A stretch of 63,432 nucleotides of DNA, the filler included. It is 5 parts of 5 records of this genome, joined end to end, with 100 filler letters (N's around TTAATTAATTAA, not from the genome) between each part and the next. Parts side by side here need not be neighbours in the genome. Positions count along the whole stretch, not along the records: positions 39,376 to 52,107 come from DRR723986_1377; 4 more parts are not named here. One strand, 5' to 3'. A program made the translations under genes and the position numbers. This document shows, piece by piece, positions 39,376 to 49,565 of the stretch (its first letter is position 1; each line of letters starts with the position of its first letter). Under the pieces are notes generated by a model that saw only the letters and a program-made list of their open reading frames with translations, ran no database searches and had not been told where the DNA came from.

Positions 39376-39769
39376 TCGCCTTCGCCCTCCGCCTTAATGC
39401 CTGTGCTGTCGATCAGCAGGTTCAGCGACCCGTGCGAGCCTCTGTAGGGAATGGACACGGACAGGGTTTTCTTGCGCCGGCTTAAGGTGCTGAGGTCCGG
39501 CACCGTCCAGTGGAGGCCGACTAGGCGGAGCAGGCTCTCCACGAACCCCGTCGTCTGCCTGAGGGCCATGCTGAAGAGGACTTCATCGTCAGGCACGTCT
39601 GGATCGCGGCATCGCTATACCGCGGCTGCCTGCCTCGCCTGCCGGTTGGTGGCGGCACCCACACCATGTCCGGATCGAACCAGATCGTCAGGGAGCCGCG
39701 CTGCTTCAGCGCTTTGTTGTAGGCCGGCCAGTTCTTGGTCTTGTAGCTCGGCGGGATGGGCCTGCTCAT
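39376..39769 (-). pseudogene. frameshifted IS5 transposase
   Basis: NWPAYNKALKQRGSLTIW...AIQTCLTMK continues in another frame as VLFSMALRQTTGF...IDSTGIK; apparent 1-nt deletion near 39581. Confidence 0.8.
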
Positions 39770-39832
39770 ACAAGCCAGCTACCACGCTGCATTCGTGAAA
39801 TGAATCCCCTTCAGCCTTTGCGCAACAAAGCC
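39376..39832 (-). mobile_element. IS5 family (IS903-like group) insertion sequence, left part
   Basis: Terminal GGCTTTGTTGCGCAAA (39832-39817, minus strand) resembles IS903-type IR; transposase N-terminus follows. Confidence 0.85.
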
Positions 39833-40172
39833 CGGGTCAACGCACCGGCAAACCCTAGGCATCGCGGTGCGCGCGATCTGCTGGTCTTGACCGGGCTCGT
39901 GTAAAAGAGATCGGTTGTCCGGATCTGCTGACATTTCATTGCATGTCTGATCAGTAAACAAAAATGACACCACGCCGGTTCCGGCGCACTTCTGCGAGTG
40001 CGGCGCCACTGGCACCCCGCGGATACGCCAGCGCCGCGTGACGTTCGCTCATCCCCGTTCGAGAGCGTCATCGCCGGCGTGCTGCCCCCTGCCTCAGGTT
40101 CAGGCAAGGGGCTTCAGTACGAATGACCCGTCATTCAAGGATCAGTTCGCGATGGGCATGCCGTGCATCGCA

Positions 40173-41234
40173 CTAGGCCGTGATCTGGCCAAGTTCGTGA
40201 TTGTCGGGAAGATTGGCCACGGCGAAACGACCCGATGCCGGTCGAGACATCCTGGAGATGCGCTTTCCGGCGGTATAGTCGTTGATAACATCGCAGGGCG
40301 TGTAGTTTCTGCCGATTTCATGCAGTTCGTCTTCGTCCAGCGTCAGCTCCAGAGCCGACAGGGCGCTGTCGATCTGATCCTTGCTATCGGCACCGACCAG
40401 CATTGAGGATACTTCGGCCTTTTGCAGCACCCAGGCCTGCGCCACCTGCGCGGGCGTCGCGCCTCGCATCTCGGCAACGCGGGCGACGGACATCGCGACG
40501 TCCCGCGTGGTTTGATCGCCATACATCTCGGCGGTGAAGAAATCCGTCTGGTTGCGGATCGAGTTCATGTCGCTGGTCAGGATGCCCCGCGCCAGCGGGC
40601 TGAAGACCGACACGCCCACGCCCTGATCCGCGCAGAACGGGATCATCTCGCGTTCTTCCTCGCGATAGGCGCAGTTCAGTTGCAACTGCATGTTGATGGG
40701 CCGTGCCCAGCCATTGCGGTCGCAGGCGTTCAGGATCTTGGCGAATTGCCACGTATACATGGTCGAGACGCCGACATAGCGCGCCTTGCCCGCACGGATC
40801 ACGTCATTCATCGCCTCCATCGTTTCCTCGATGGGGGTTTCGGTGTCGAAGTAATGCAGCATGTAGATATCGGCGTAATCCATGCCCATCCGCGACAGCG
40901 ACCCGTCGATGGCGTTGAAGACATGCTTGCGGGAATGACCGCCATTGTTGACGCCGCCACCGATCGGATAGCCCAGCTTGGTGGTGATCACCAATTCATC
41001 GCGACGAGCCAGGCGACGCAGCACGTTGCAGACGACCTCTTCCCCGGCACCTGCGGAATAGAAATCCGCGAGGTCGATGAAATTGACGCCATTGTCCAGC
41101 GCGTGGCCGATGATCGGCTCGCTTTCGGCCTCGTCATAGATCCAAGGCTTCCACTGCTTGGAACCCATGTTCATCGTGCCAAGGCACAGGCGCGAAACTT
41201 TCAGGCCGGACCGGCCCAGTCGGACATATTCCAT
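40173..41234 (-). CDS. aldo/keto reductase
   Basis: LGRSGLKVSRLCLGTM, D-x4-Y, TTK, MLH, GKARYVGVS, SPLARG. Confidence 0.92.
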   Translation of the reverse strand: MEYVRLGRSGLKVSRLCLGTMNMGSKQWKPWIYDEAESEPIIGHALDNGVNFIDLADFYSAGAGEEVVCNVLRRLARRDELVITTKLGYPIGGGVNNGGHSRKHVFNAIDGSLSRMGMDYADIYMLHYFDTETPIEETMEAMNDVIRAGKARYVGVSTMYTWQFAKILNACDRNGWARPINMQLQLNCAYREEEREMIPFCADQGVGVSVFSPLARGILTSDMNSIRNQTDFFTAEMYGDQTTRDVAMSVARVAEMRGATPAQVAQAWVLQKAEVSSMLVGADSKDQIDSALSALELTLDEDELHEIGRNYTPCDVINDYTAGKRISRMSRPASGRFAVANLPDNHELGQITA

Positions 41235-41303
41235 TAGAACAGCTTTCGATGAAGGTAAGGGGGTGGGCGCGGCCGTGTCCGGCCGCGCGTGATGCCGGGG
41301 CGA

Positions 41304-42812
41304 TCAGGCGTCGCCGTAATAGATCCAGGTGCCCTTGGTCTTGGTGTAGGACGACAGCGAATGGATCGCCATCTCCTTGCCCCACCCGCTTTCCTTGAAA
41401 CCTCCGAAGGGGCTGGACAGGCCGTAGCAGCCATAGCGGTTCACGAAGACCATGCCCGCATCCAGCCGGTCGGCCACGCGATGGGCGCGGCTGATGTCGC
41501 TGGTATAGACGCCGGCGGCCAGCCCGTAGGCGGTGTCATTGGCCATTGCGACGGCCTCTTCAGCGGTGTCGAAGGGCGTGCAACACAGGACCGGGCCGAA
41601 GATTTCCTCTTGCGCGATGCGAGCGGTGTTCGGGACATTCGAAAAGATCGTCGGGCGGATGTAGAAGCCGTCGGCATTCGCGCCATCGCGATCCGCACGG
41701 CCGCCCGCGACCAGTTCGGCCTCGGTCTTGCCGATCTCGATATAGTCCATGATGCGGCGGAACTGCGCCTCGTTGCATTGCGGGCCCTGATCGGACAGCG
41801 GCGACAGCGGATCGCCGCAGACCACCGCATCGGCCTTGTCGATCAGCCGCTGAAGCACGCGGTCATAGATGCCGCGCTGGATCAGGAACCGCGTCGGCTC
41901 GGAACATTTCTCGCCCTTGTGCGAGAACATCACCGTGAAGGCGCGATCCACGGCCGCATCCAGATCCGGCGTGTCGTCGAAGAAGATGCAGGGCGATTTG
42001 CCACCCAGTTCCAGCGTCACCGCCTTCAGGTTCGACGCGCCCGAGTTCTGGACGATCTTGCGCCCGACCACGGTGCTGCCGGTGAAGGACACCTTATGGA
42101 CGTCGCGGCTGAGCGTCAGCTGGTTCGCGGCCTCGCCATCGGTCAGCACGAGGTTCAGGATGCCCTTGGGCAGATCCAGGTGGCGGTCGATCAGTTCGAA
42201 CAAGAACAGCGTTGCAAGGGGCGTGTATTCCGACGGTTTCATCACTACCGCATTGCCCATCGCCAGGGCCGGCGCGATCTTCAGGCTGGCCTGATAGAGC
42301 GGGAAGTTCCACGGCGCGATCAGGGCACAGACGCCGACAGGCTCTTTCGTGGTGAAGTTCAGGAACCCGTCCTCGACAGGCGAAACCTCGCCATAGAACT
42401 TGTCGGTCCAGCCCGCGTAATAGTCGAAGATATCGGCACAGGTCGGAATGTCGTCGGCCAACGCCTCGCGATACAGTTTGCCATTGGCAAGGCTTTCCAG
42501 CAGGGCCAGCCCCTCGACATTCTCGCGGATCAGGTCCGCGATGGCATGCAGCATGTCGGCGCGGTCCTTGCGAGAGGATTTGCGCGACCAGTCGCCGCTG
42601 CGATGCGCCCGGTGGGCGGCGGCGGCGGCCTGATCGACCTGTGCGGCGTCGGTCAGTGCGATCTGGCACAGGCTGCGCCCATCCGCAGGGTTGGTGACCG
42701 CCCAGTTGCGGCCCGCACCGTCGACCCAGTTTCCGTCGACATAATGCCGCTTGGGCTGGGTCAGCCAGTGATTGGCCCATCCCAGATCGGCCTGCTGCAG
42801 AACGTCTTTCAT
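41304..42812 (-). CDS. aldehyde dehydrogenase
   Basis: PWNFP, FTGS, LELGGKSP, GEKCS catalytic Cys, EEIFGP, PFGGFKESG. Confidence 0.93.
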   Translation of the reverse strand: MKDVLQQADLGWANHWLTQPKRHYVDGNWVDGAGRNWAVTNPADGRSLCQIALTDAAQVDQAAAAAHRAHRSGDWSRKSSRKDRADMLHAIADLIRENVEGLALLESLANGKLYREALADDIPTCADIFDYYAGWTDKFYGEVSPVEDGFLNFTTKEPVGVCALIAPWNFPLYQASLKIAPALAMGNAVVMKPSEYTPLATLFLFELIDRHLDLPKGILNLVLTDGEAANQLTLSRDVHKVSFTGSTVVGRKIVQNSGASNLKAVTLELGGKSPCIFFDDTPDLDAAVDRAFTVMFSHKGEKCSEPTRFLIQRGIYDRVLQRLIDKADAVVCGDPLSPLSDQGPQCNEAQFRRIMDYIEIGKTEAELVAGGRADRDGANADGFYIRPTIFSNVPNTARIAQEEIFGPVLCCTPFDTAEEAVAMANDTAYGLAAGVYTSDISRAHRVADRLDAGMVFVNRYGCYGLSSPFGGFKESGWGKEMAIHSLSSYTKTKGTWIYYGDA

Positions 42813-44215
42813 CTGCGGGTTCCTTCCTTGTCGTTATGGGGTTTGGACAGGCGCGCGATATGCTGACGGATCACCGCCAGATCGCCACCTGCCTGTTTCG
42901 CGATGTCCGAGGCCGCGCTGTAGCCCGCCACCTGTTTCAGGCGGATCAGCAGGGGCAGCACGCTGTCCGCATTGGCATCGTTTCTGGCCGCGTTGGGCAG
43001 CATGCCCTGCACGCAGTGACGGCGCAGGCTGGCGATGCCGCCGTCCAGCAGCGCCATCATGTCCAGCAGATTGACGATCACCACCGACTGCCATGGGCTG
43101 TAATCCAGCTCGCCGTGATCCTGCGTCATGCGAATCGCGGCGGCGCGGCCGCAGGCGGTCATCGCCATCTGGATCATGAATTCGGGCAAGGTCGGGTTGA
43201 TCTTGCCCGGAATGGCCGAGGATCCGGGCTGCACCGCAGGCAGCCGCAGTTCCGTAAGCCCGCAATGCGGCCCCGAGGCCATCAGGCGAAGGTCCTTGGC
43301 GAACCGGATCAGTCCACGCGCCAACTGCTCCAAGGTCGCGGCAAGGTTCAGCAGCGCGTCATGCGCCTGCGATGCCGCGAAGAGATCATCGGAGCGGGTC
43401 AGGTCGGCGGGCAGGCCGCCGTCGGACAGCACGCGGTTCAGATCGTCGATGGCGCGGGCAAAGAAGGCGGAATCGCAGTCCTGCGAACGCCCGATGATGT
43501 TGCCACCCAGATTGACCCGACGCAGGGCCAGCGCATCGGACTGCGCCCGGTCCAGGCCGCATTGCAGATTGGTAACGACGCCGCCCAGATAGTCGCCAAA
43601 CCGGATATCGACCGCATCCTGCAGGCAGGTGCGCGCAAGTTTCCGCTGCGCACCCCAGGCGTCGCAAAGCCCGCGCAGATCCGCGATCAAGCCCGCTATC
43701 CGCGCCCCCAGCCCGGCCCAGACATGCCGTGCGGCGATGTGGCAGGCGGTCGAGAACGCGTCGCTGGTGGAATGGTTCAGGTTCACATGGTCGTTTGGAT
43801 GGATCGGATCGTAGCTGCCGAAGGCGCGGCCGAACCCGTCGCGGTTCGCCAGATTGGCCAGAACCTCGTTTACGTTCATATTGAAGGACACGCCGCCCCC
43901 GCCATGCAGCGCGTGGACCGGGAAATGCAAGGCTGGGTCTCTCAGCGCCCCCTGCCCCGCCGCATCGATGGCACGGGCACGATCGGCAGGCAGCGCCCCG
44001 ATTGCGGCATTGGTTGCGGTCGCGCCGCGCTTGACCGCGATCAGTGCGGACAGCAGCGCCGGATAGTCGCCGAAACGCCCGCCCACCTGCGCCGGGTACA
44101 GCGCGATCGCCCGCGCCGTCTGTGCACCCCATGGGGCATCGGCGGGCACGCGCACGGGGCCAAGGCTGTCAGCCTCGTCGCGCCAAACTGTCTCGGTTGC
44201 CTTGCCCATCGGCAT
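42809..44215 (-). CDS. aspartase/fumarase-superfamily lyase, divergent
   Basis: WGAQTARA, NMNVNE, HPNDHVN, RTCLQDA, GSSAIPGKINP. Confidence 0.85.
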   Translation of the reverse strand: MPMGKATETVWRDEADSLGPVRVPADAPWGAQTARAIALYPAQVGGRFGDYPALLSALIAVKRGATATNAAIGALPADRARAIDAAGQGALRDPALHFPVHALHGGGGVSFNMNVNEVLANLANRDGFGRAFGSYDPIHPNDHVNLNHSTSDAFSTACHIAARHVWAGLGARIAGLIADLRGLCDAWGAQRKLARTCLQDAVDIRFGDYLGGVVTNLQCGLDRAQSDALALRRVNLGGNIIGRSQDCDSAFFARAIDDLNRVLSDGGLPADLTRSDDLFAASQAHDALLNLAATLEQLARGLIRFAKDLRLMASGPHCGLTELRLPAVQPGSSAIPGKINPTLPEFMIQMAMTACGRAAAIRMTQDHGELDYSPWQSVVIVNLLDMMALLDGGIASLRRHCVQGMLPNAARNDANADSVLPLLIRLKQVAGYSAASDIAKQAGGDLAVIRQHIARLSKPHNDKEGTRR

Positions 44216-44318
44216 GATCCTCTCTGCCTGCGGGACCAGCTATTTCCCGGACAGGGTGATTTGCGCAAACGACTTCGGCGCAGACCTCATTCCGAAAATT
44301 CATGGGCCGAGCACATGG

Positions 44319-45077
44319 TCAGATGATGTGGGACGACAACTGGCGGGCGGCCTGAACAATGTTCTTGGAATAGACCCGCGCGCTTTGATCAGTCAGCATC
44401 TCGCCGGTGAAACAGGCGCTGATCGCGGCAACAGGTTCGCCCTGCAGGTTCAGGACCGGCGCGGCAACGCACCCGACATCCTGCTGGATCTCGTTCACCG
44501 TCACGGCATAGCCCAGCCTTGCCGAACGCTCCAGGTCGGCGGCCATGCGCGAGGGCAAGGCATCACCCTCGGCGATCAGGCCTTCATTGGCGAAATATGA
44601 CATGCGCAGGAATGGCTGCTGCGCGGCCAAGATCGCCTTACCAGATGCCGATTGATGCATGGGCATGGTCCGCCCGACATAGGCGTTGAACGGCTTGCTG
44701 GCCGGGGCGTCGTGCTTGGCCACGATCACGACCTGATTGCCGACCGGCAGGCTCAGCAGGATCGTGCGGTGGATCTCGTTCTTCAGGATTTCCGCGATGG
44801 GGTTGAAATAGGGAACGATGGGCTGGCGACCCAGAATGGATGACGACAGCTGAAACACCCGCGAGCCGATGATGTAGGTCTTGCGCCGCCCCGGCGCCAT
44901 CGCGACCAGATTGTGCTGCAGCATCGCGCCGATGATTCGATGCGCGCTGGCCGAAGCCAATCCGGTCTGTTCGCAGATCTCGGACAGTTGCAGCGGATAG
45001 GGCGCACGGCCCAGCACCTCCATGATCGCCACCGATCCGTCGATGGCCGGTGCCGCCGTCTTTTGTTCCGAAGTCAT
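44319..45077 (-). CDS. IclR family transcriptional regulator
   Basis: N-terminal HTH, SASGKAIL, GCVAAPV. Confidence 0.9.
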   Translation of the reverse strand: MTSEQKTAAPAIDGSVAIMEVLGRAPYPLQLSEICEQTGLASASAHRIIGAMLQHNLVAMAPGRRKTYIIGSRVFQLSSSILGRQPIVPYFNPIAEILKNEIHRTILLSLPVGNQVVIVAKHDAPASKPFNAYVGRTMPMHQSASGKAILAAQQPFLRMSYFANEGLIAEGDALPSRMAADLERSARLGYAVTVNEIQQDVGCVAAPVLNLQGEPVAAISACFTGEMLTDQSARVYSKNIVQAARQLSSHII

Positions 45078-45122
45078 TGGAATCGCCTTGCTTGCATCTT
45101 CACCTCATCCCTATCTACAAAT

Positions 45123-45157
45123 TTCCATATATGGAATAGTTATTCCACTTATGGAAT
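45123..45157. promoter_or_regulatory. tandem palindromic operator TTCCA-N4-TGGAA x2
   Basis: TTCCATATATGGAA (45123-45136) and TTCCACTTATGGAA (45143-45156), 20-bp period, in the divergent intergenic region; TTGACA at 45163-45168. Confidence 0.75.
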
Positions 45158-45220
45158 TTTTGTTGACAGGTCCGTGACAGGGTGCAAGTTCCGGTTTGCA
45201 GCCAACAAGCGGAGGACGGC

Positions 45221-46645
45221 GTGCGTATCGACCGCAACTTCATCAACAACGAATTTCTGATCTCGGACGGGGATGAGCTGATCGCGGTCATCAATCCGGC
45301 GACCGGCGAACAGATCGCCCAGGTCCCCGCCGCCAGCGCGGCAGAAGCCCGCGCCGCGGTGGAGGCCGCAGCACAGGCGCAAAAAGCATGGCGTCGCATG
45401 ACCAGCATCGAACGCGCCAACCAGTTGCGCGCGCTGGCCGATGCGCTGGTCGCACGCAAGGACCGCATCGGACAGATCCTGGCGCTGGAATCCGGCAAGA
45501 GTGTCCAGGATGCGACCAACGAAGTGGTCTATGCCGCCGACATCACCCGCTATCACGCCGAATGGGCCCGCCGGATCGAGGGCGAGATCGTCCCGAGCGA
45601 CTCGCCCGATGAAAACCTGCTGTTGCAGCGCGAACCCATCGGCGTTGTCGCCGCCCTGATCCCGTTCAATTTCCCGGTCTACACGCTGATGCGCAAGATC
45701 GCGCCCGCGCTGATCACCGGCAACACGGTCGTCGCGCGGCCCAGCAACAACACCCCCTGCTCGGCGCTGGAAATTGCGCGGGCGGTCAAGGATGCGGGCT
45801 TCATGCCGGGCGCAATCAATATTCTGGCGATGTCGCATGCGACTGCCCAGACCATCTGCACCCATCCGCGCGTCGGCATGATCACCCTGACCGGCAGCGT
45901 CGGCGCAGGCCGCAAGGTGCTGGAGTACAGCCAGGTGAACATCGCCAAATCCTCGCTGGAGCTTGGCGGAAAGACGCCCGCGATCATCGCTGCGGACGCC
46001 GATCTTGAAACCGCGGCCGCTGCCGTCGTCGCCTCGCGCACCAGCCATTGCGGACAGCTGTGTACCGCGGTCGAGCGTGTCTATGTCCAGGCCGAAGTGC
46101 ATGACCGCTTCGTCGAGCTGCTGCGCCAGCATATGGAGGCGTGCAGATTTGGCGACCGCGCCCGGACACCGTCGCATATGGGCCCGCTGATCAACGCCAA
46201 TTCCCGGCTGAACATCCATCAGATGGTCGAACGCGCCATCGATGACGGTGCGACCCTGCAGACCGGCGGCTACATCCCCGAAGGTCCGGGCTTCTTCTAT
46301 CCGCCGACCATGCTGACCAACTGCCGGCAGGACATGGAGATCGTGCAGGAAGAGGTGTTCGGCCCGGTCCTGCCCGTCCTTAGCTTCGAACGGATCGAGG
46401 ACGCACTGGACATGGCAAATGACCACCAGTTCGGGCTGGCCTCGGTCGTCTATACCGAGGATTACCGCACCGCCCTGCGCCTTGCGAACAATATCGAGGC
46501 CGGAGAGGTCTATATCAACCGCACCCCCGCCGACCCCTATCAGGGCTATCACGCGGGCTGGAAACGGTCCGGGCTGGGTGGTGATGACGGCAAGCATGGC
46601 ATGCTGGAATTCACCCAGACTCGCCTGATCGTCCAAAGCTATTGA
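45221..46645 (+). CDS. aldehyde dehydrogenase (AldA-like)
   Basis: GTG start after GGAGG; PFNFP, LTGS, LELGGK, GQLCTA, EEVFGP, GDDGKHG. Confidence 0.9.
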   Translation: MRIDRNFINNEFLISDGDELIAVINPATGEQIAQVPAASAAEARAAVEAAAQAQKAWRRMTSIERANQLRALADALVARKDRIGQILALESGKSVQDATNEVVYAADITRYHAEWARRIEGEIVPSDSPDENLLLQREPIGVVAALIPFNFPVYTLMRKIAPALITGNTVVARPSNNTPCSALEIARAVKDAGFMPGAINILAMSHATAQTICTHPRVGMITLTGSVGAGRKVLEYSQVNIAKSSLELGGKTPAIIAADADLETAAAAVVASRTSHCGQLCTAVERVYVQAEVHDRFVELLRQHMEACRFGDRARTPSHMGPLINANSRLNIHQMVERAIDDGATLQTGGYIPEGPGFFYPPTMLTNCRQDMEIVQEEVFGPVLPVLSFERIEDALDMANDHQFGLASVVYTEDYRTALRLANNIEAGEVYINRTPADPYQGYHAGWKRSGLGGDDGKHGMLEFTQTRLIVQSY

Positions 46646-46664
46646 CCGACAAAGGAGCCGCCTG

Positions 46665-47900
46665 GTGAAACTGGCAAGCTGCGAAACCCACGTCGTCGCC
46701 GTCCCGCCCCCGCATATCGGCGGGATGTACTGGATCTTCGTCACCCTTCGCACCGAATGCGGGATCGAGGGCGTGGGCGAGGTCTATGCCGCATCGTTCC
46801 ACCCCACGGTGATGGAAGCCGCCATCGCGGATGTCTTCGGCCGCTTGCTGAAGGGCGAAGACCCGCATCATATCGAACGCTTTTTCCGCCGCGCCTATTC
46901 CAGCGGCTTCACGCAACGCCCGGACCTGACGATGATGGGCTGCGTCAGCGGGTTGGAAATGGCCTGCTGGGACATTATCGGCAAGGCGGCGGGCAAGCCG
47001 GTCTATGAACTGATCGGCGGACGCATCCACGACAAGCTGCGCTGCTATACCTATCTGTATCCCAGGAACGAGGCGGGCGAGTACGACTATGACAGTGTCG
47101 AACTTAGCGTCGAAACCGCGCTGGACTGCATGGAGCAGGGCTTTACCGCGCTGAAGTTCGACCCGGCCGGGCCCTATACCGCCTATTCCGGCCATCAGTT
47201 GTCGCTGGAGGACATGGACCGGTCGGAGACCTTCTGCCGCCGGATCCGCGAGGCGGTCGGCAACCGCTGCGACCTGCTGTTCGGCACGCATGGGCAGATG
47301 GTGCCCTCGGCCGCGATCCGTCTGGCACGGCGGCTGGAACCCTATGATCCGCTGTGGTTCGAGGAACCCGTGCCCCCCGGCAACAGCGCCGCCATGGCGC
47401 AGGTGGCGCAGAACACCCGTATCCCCGTCGCCACGGGCGAACGTCTGACCACCAAATACGAGTTCGCGGATCTTCTGGCGCACAAGGGCGCCTCTATCCT
47501 GCAGATGAACCTCGGGCGCGTCGGCGGCATCCTTGAGGGCAAGAAGATCGCGGCCCTTGCCGAAACCCATTATGCCCAGATCGCGCCGCATCTGTATAAC
47601 GGCCCCGTCGGCGCGGCGGCCAGCATCCAACTTGCGACCGCGACGCCGAATTTCCTGATCCAGGAAAGCATCGGCCAGTGGGACGGTTTCCACGCCGAGG
47701 TGCTGGAGGAAAAGCTGGAATGGCGCGATGGCTATATTATCCCGTCCGTCAAGCCCGGCCTTGGCATCACCCTGAACAAGGAAGTCGTCGCCGCCCATTC
47801 GCCCTATCGCGGCACGCGCCTGCACCTGTCGATGGCGGACACGCCACATGACTTCAAGACGCAGTCGGACGATCGCTGGAGGCGTCCGGCCAATGGCTGA
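46665..47900 (+). CDS. mandelate racemase/muconate lactonizing enzyme (enolase superfamily) protein
   Basis: WDIIGKAAGKPVYELIGG, LKFD, WFEEP, TGE, APH, IQE, PGLG. Confidence 0.9.
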   Translation: MKLASCETHVVAVPPPHIGGMYWIFVTLRTECGIEGVGEVYAASFHPTVMEAAIADVFGRLLKGEDPHHIERFFRRAYSSGFTQRPDLTMMGCVSGLEMACWDIIGKAAGKPVYELIGGRIHDKLRCYTYLYPRNEAGEYDYDSVELSVETALDCMEQGFTALKFDPAGPYTAYSGHQLSLEDMDRSETFCRRIREAVGNRCDLLFGTHGQMVPSAAIRLARRLEPYDPLWFEEPVPPGNSAAMAQVAQNTRIPVATGERLTTKYEFADLLAHKGASILQMNLGRVGGILEGKKIAALAETHYAQIAPHLYNGPVGAAASIQLATATPNFLIQESIGQWDGFHAEVLEEKLEWRDGYIIPSVKPGLGITLNKEVVAAHSPYRGTRLHLSMADTPHDFKTQSDDRWRRPANG

Positions 47901-49542
47901 CTATGACTACATCATTGTGGGCGCGGGTTCGGCAGGCTGCATTCTTGCCGCCCGCCTCAGCGAGGATCCATCGGTCCGCGTGCTGCTGATCGAGGCCGGA
48001 GGCAGCGACAAGTCCTTCTGGTTCGACATGCCCGCAGGCTATGCCCGATCCTATTTCAACCCCGCGACCAACTGGATGTTCAAATCGCAGCCCGAGCCGA
48101 ACATGGCGGGGCGCGAACTGTACTGCCCGCGCGGCAAGGTGCAGGGTGGGTCGGGTTCGATCAACGCCATGATCTGGGTGCGCGGCCAGCGCAGCGATTT
48201 CGACGATTGGAAGGCGGCGGGCAATCCCGACTGGGGTTTCGACGATGTGCTGCCCTGGTTCCGCAAGATCGAGAACCACCCGGCGGGCGACACCGAATGG
48301 CATGGCGCTTCGGGTCCGGTCGGCATCACGCCGATGAAGGGCCAGACCCATCCGATCTGCGACCGGTTCCTGACGGCGGCCCGCGAAAGCCAGCTGCCCA
48401 TGACCGAGGACATGAACGGCGCCCGGTTCGAGGGCGCGGGCATCTATGAAACAAACATCGCCCGTGGCCGCAGACAGTCCAGTTCCAAGACCTATCTGAC
48501 CCCCGCGCTTGGTCGCCCCAACCTGGATCTGCGCCTTGTCGCCCAGGCCGAACGGGTGCTGTTCGACGCCGAGGGCCGCGCCACGGGCGTCGCCCTGCGT
48601 GCCAAGGATGGCAGCCGCCACGACGTGCATGCACGGGCCGAGGTGATCCTGTCGGCGGGGGCCATCGGCTCGCCCCTGCTGTTGCAACAGTCGGGCATCG
48701 GGGCGGGTGGCGATCTTCAGCGGCTAGGCATCGACACGCAGCGCAACCTGCCTGCCGTCGGCCAGAACCTGCAGGACCATCTGTGCGCTAGCTATTACTA
48801 TCGTTCGACGGTGCCGACGCTGAACGATCAGCTGCGCCCCCTGTGGGGTCAGGCGATGGCCGGGCTGCGCTATCTGACCATGCGGCGCGGGCCGCTGGCC
48901 CTCAGCGTCAATCAGGCGGGCGGGTTCTTTCGGACGGAAACGGCCACCGACGGGCCGAATATCCAGCTGTATTTCAACCCGATGTCCTATCGCATCCCCG
49001 AAAGCACCAGGGCGCGGCTGCTGCCCGAACCCTATCCGGGCTTTCTGCTGTGCTTCAATTCCTGCCGTCCCGACAGCCGGGGTAGCGTCGCCCTGTCGCG
49101 TCCCGAACCCGGTGCCGCGCCCGATATCCGTCTGAACTTCTTGGCCTCCGAACGCGACTGTCGCGAAGCGGTCGAGGGCAGCCGCCTGATACGCCGCCTG
49201 ATGCAGGCCCCCGCCCTGTCCGCGATCACCGCCGAGGAGATCTCACCGGGTGCGCAATGTCAGGACGATCAGGCGATGCTGGACTATGTCCGCCAGAACG
49301 GCGGCTCAATCTATCACATGTGCGGGACCTGCGCGATGGGCCCCGATGCCGATACCGCCGTCGTCGATCAGCGCCTGCGCGTTCACGGCGTGCCGGGCCT
49401 GCGGGTCATCGACGCATCCGTCTTTCCCAACATCACATCGGGGAACCTGAATGCCCCCGTGATGATGCTGGCCGAACGGGCCGCAACGATGATCGCCGAG
49501 GATCGCAAATCCATTCGACGTGAGGTGCATCACAGCGCCTGA
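47893..49542 (+). CDS. GMC oxidoreductase (choline dehydrogenase-like)
   Basis: GAGSAG, GGSGSINAM, SAGAIGSP, NLQDH, YHMCGT, GNLNAP. Confidence 0.92.
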   Translation: MADYDYIIVGAGSAGCILAARLSEDPSVRVLLIEAGGSDKSFWFDMPAGYARSYFNPATNWMFKSQPEPNMAGRELYCPRGKVQGGSGSINAMIWVRGQRSDFDDWKAAGNPDWGFDDVLPWFRKIENHPAGDTEWHGASGPVGITPMKGQTHPICDRFLTAARESQLPMTEDMNGARFEGAGIYETNIARGRRQSSSKTYLTPALGRPNLDLRLVAQAERVLFDAEGRATGVALRAKDGSRHDVHARAEVILSAGAIGSPLLLQQSGIGAGGDLQRLGIDTQRNLPAVGQNLQDHLCASYYYRSTVPTLNDQLRPLWGQAMAGLRYLTMRRGPLALSVNQAGGFFRTETATDGPNIQLYFNPMSYRIPESTRARLLPEPYPGFLLCFNSCRPDSRGSVALSRPEPGAAPDIRLNFLASERDCREAVEGSRLIRRLMQAPALSAITAEEISPGAQCQDDQAMLDYVRQNGGSIYHMCGTCAMGPDADTAVVDQRLRVHGVPGLRVIDASVFPNITSGNLNAPVMMLAERAATMIAEDRKSIRREVHHSA

Positions 49543-49565
49543 CAATCACCTTGAGGGAGGGGAAA

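Noticed and set aside
39570-39600. Programmed frameshift in the IS5 transposase
   Set aside because: No slippery A-run at the site; a single-base deletion or sequencing error is simpler
41289-46753. Long alternative ORFs (41289-42866 +, 42836-44326 +, 45149-46753 -), and similar ones at 29436-30686, 46611-47849 and 59987-61495
   Set aside because: Antisense shadows of well-supported genes in GC-rich DNA; no recognisable motifs
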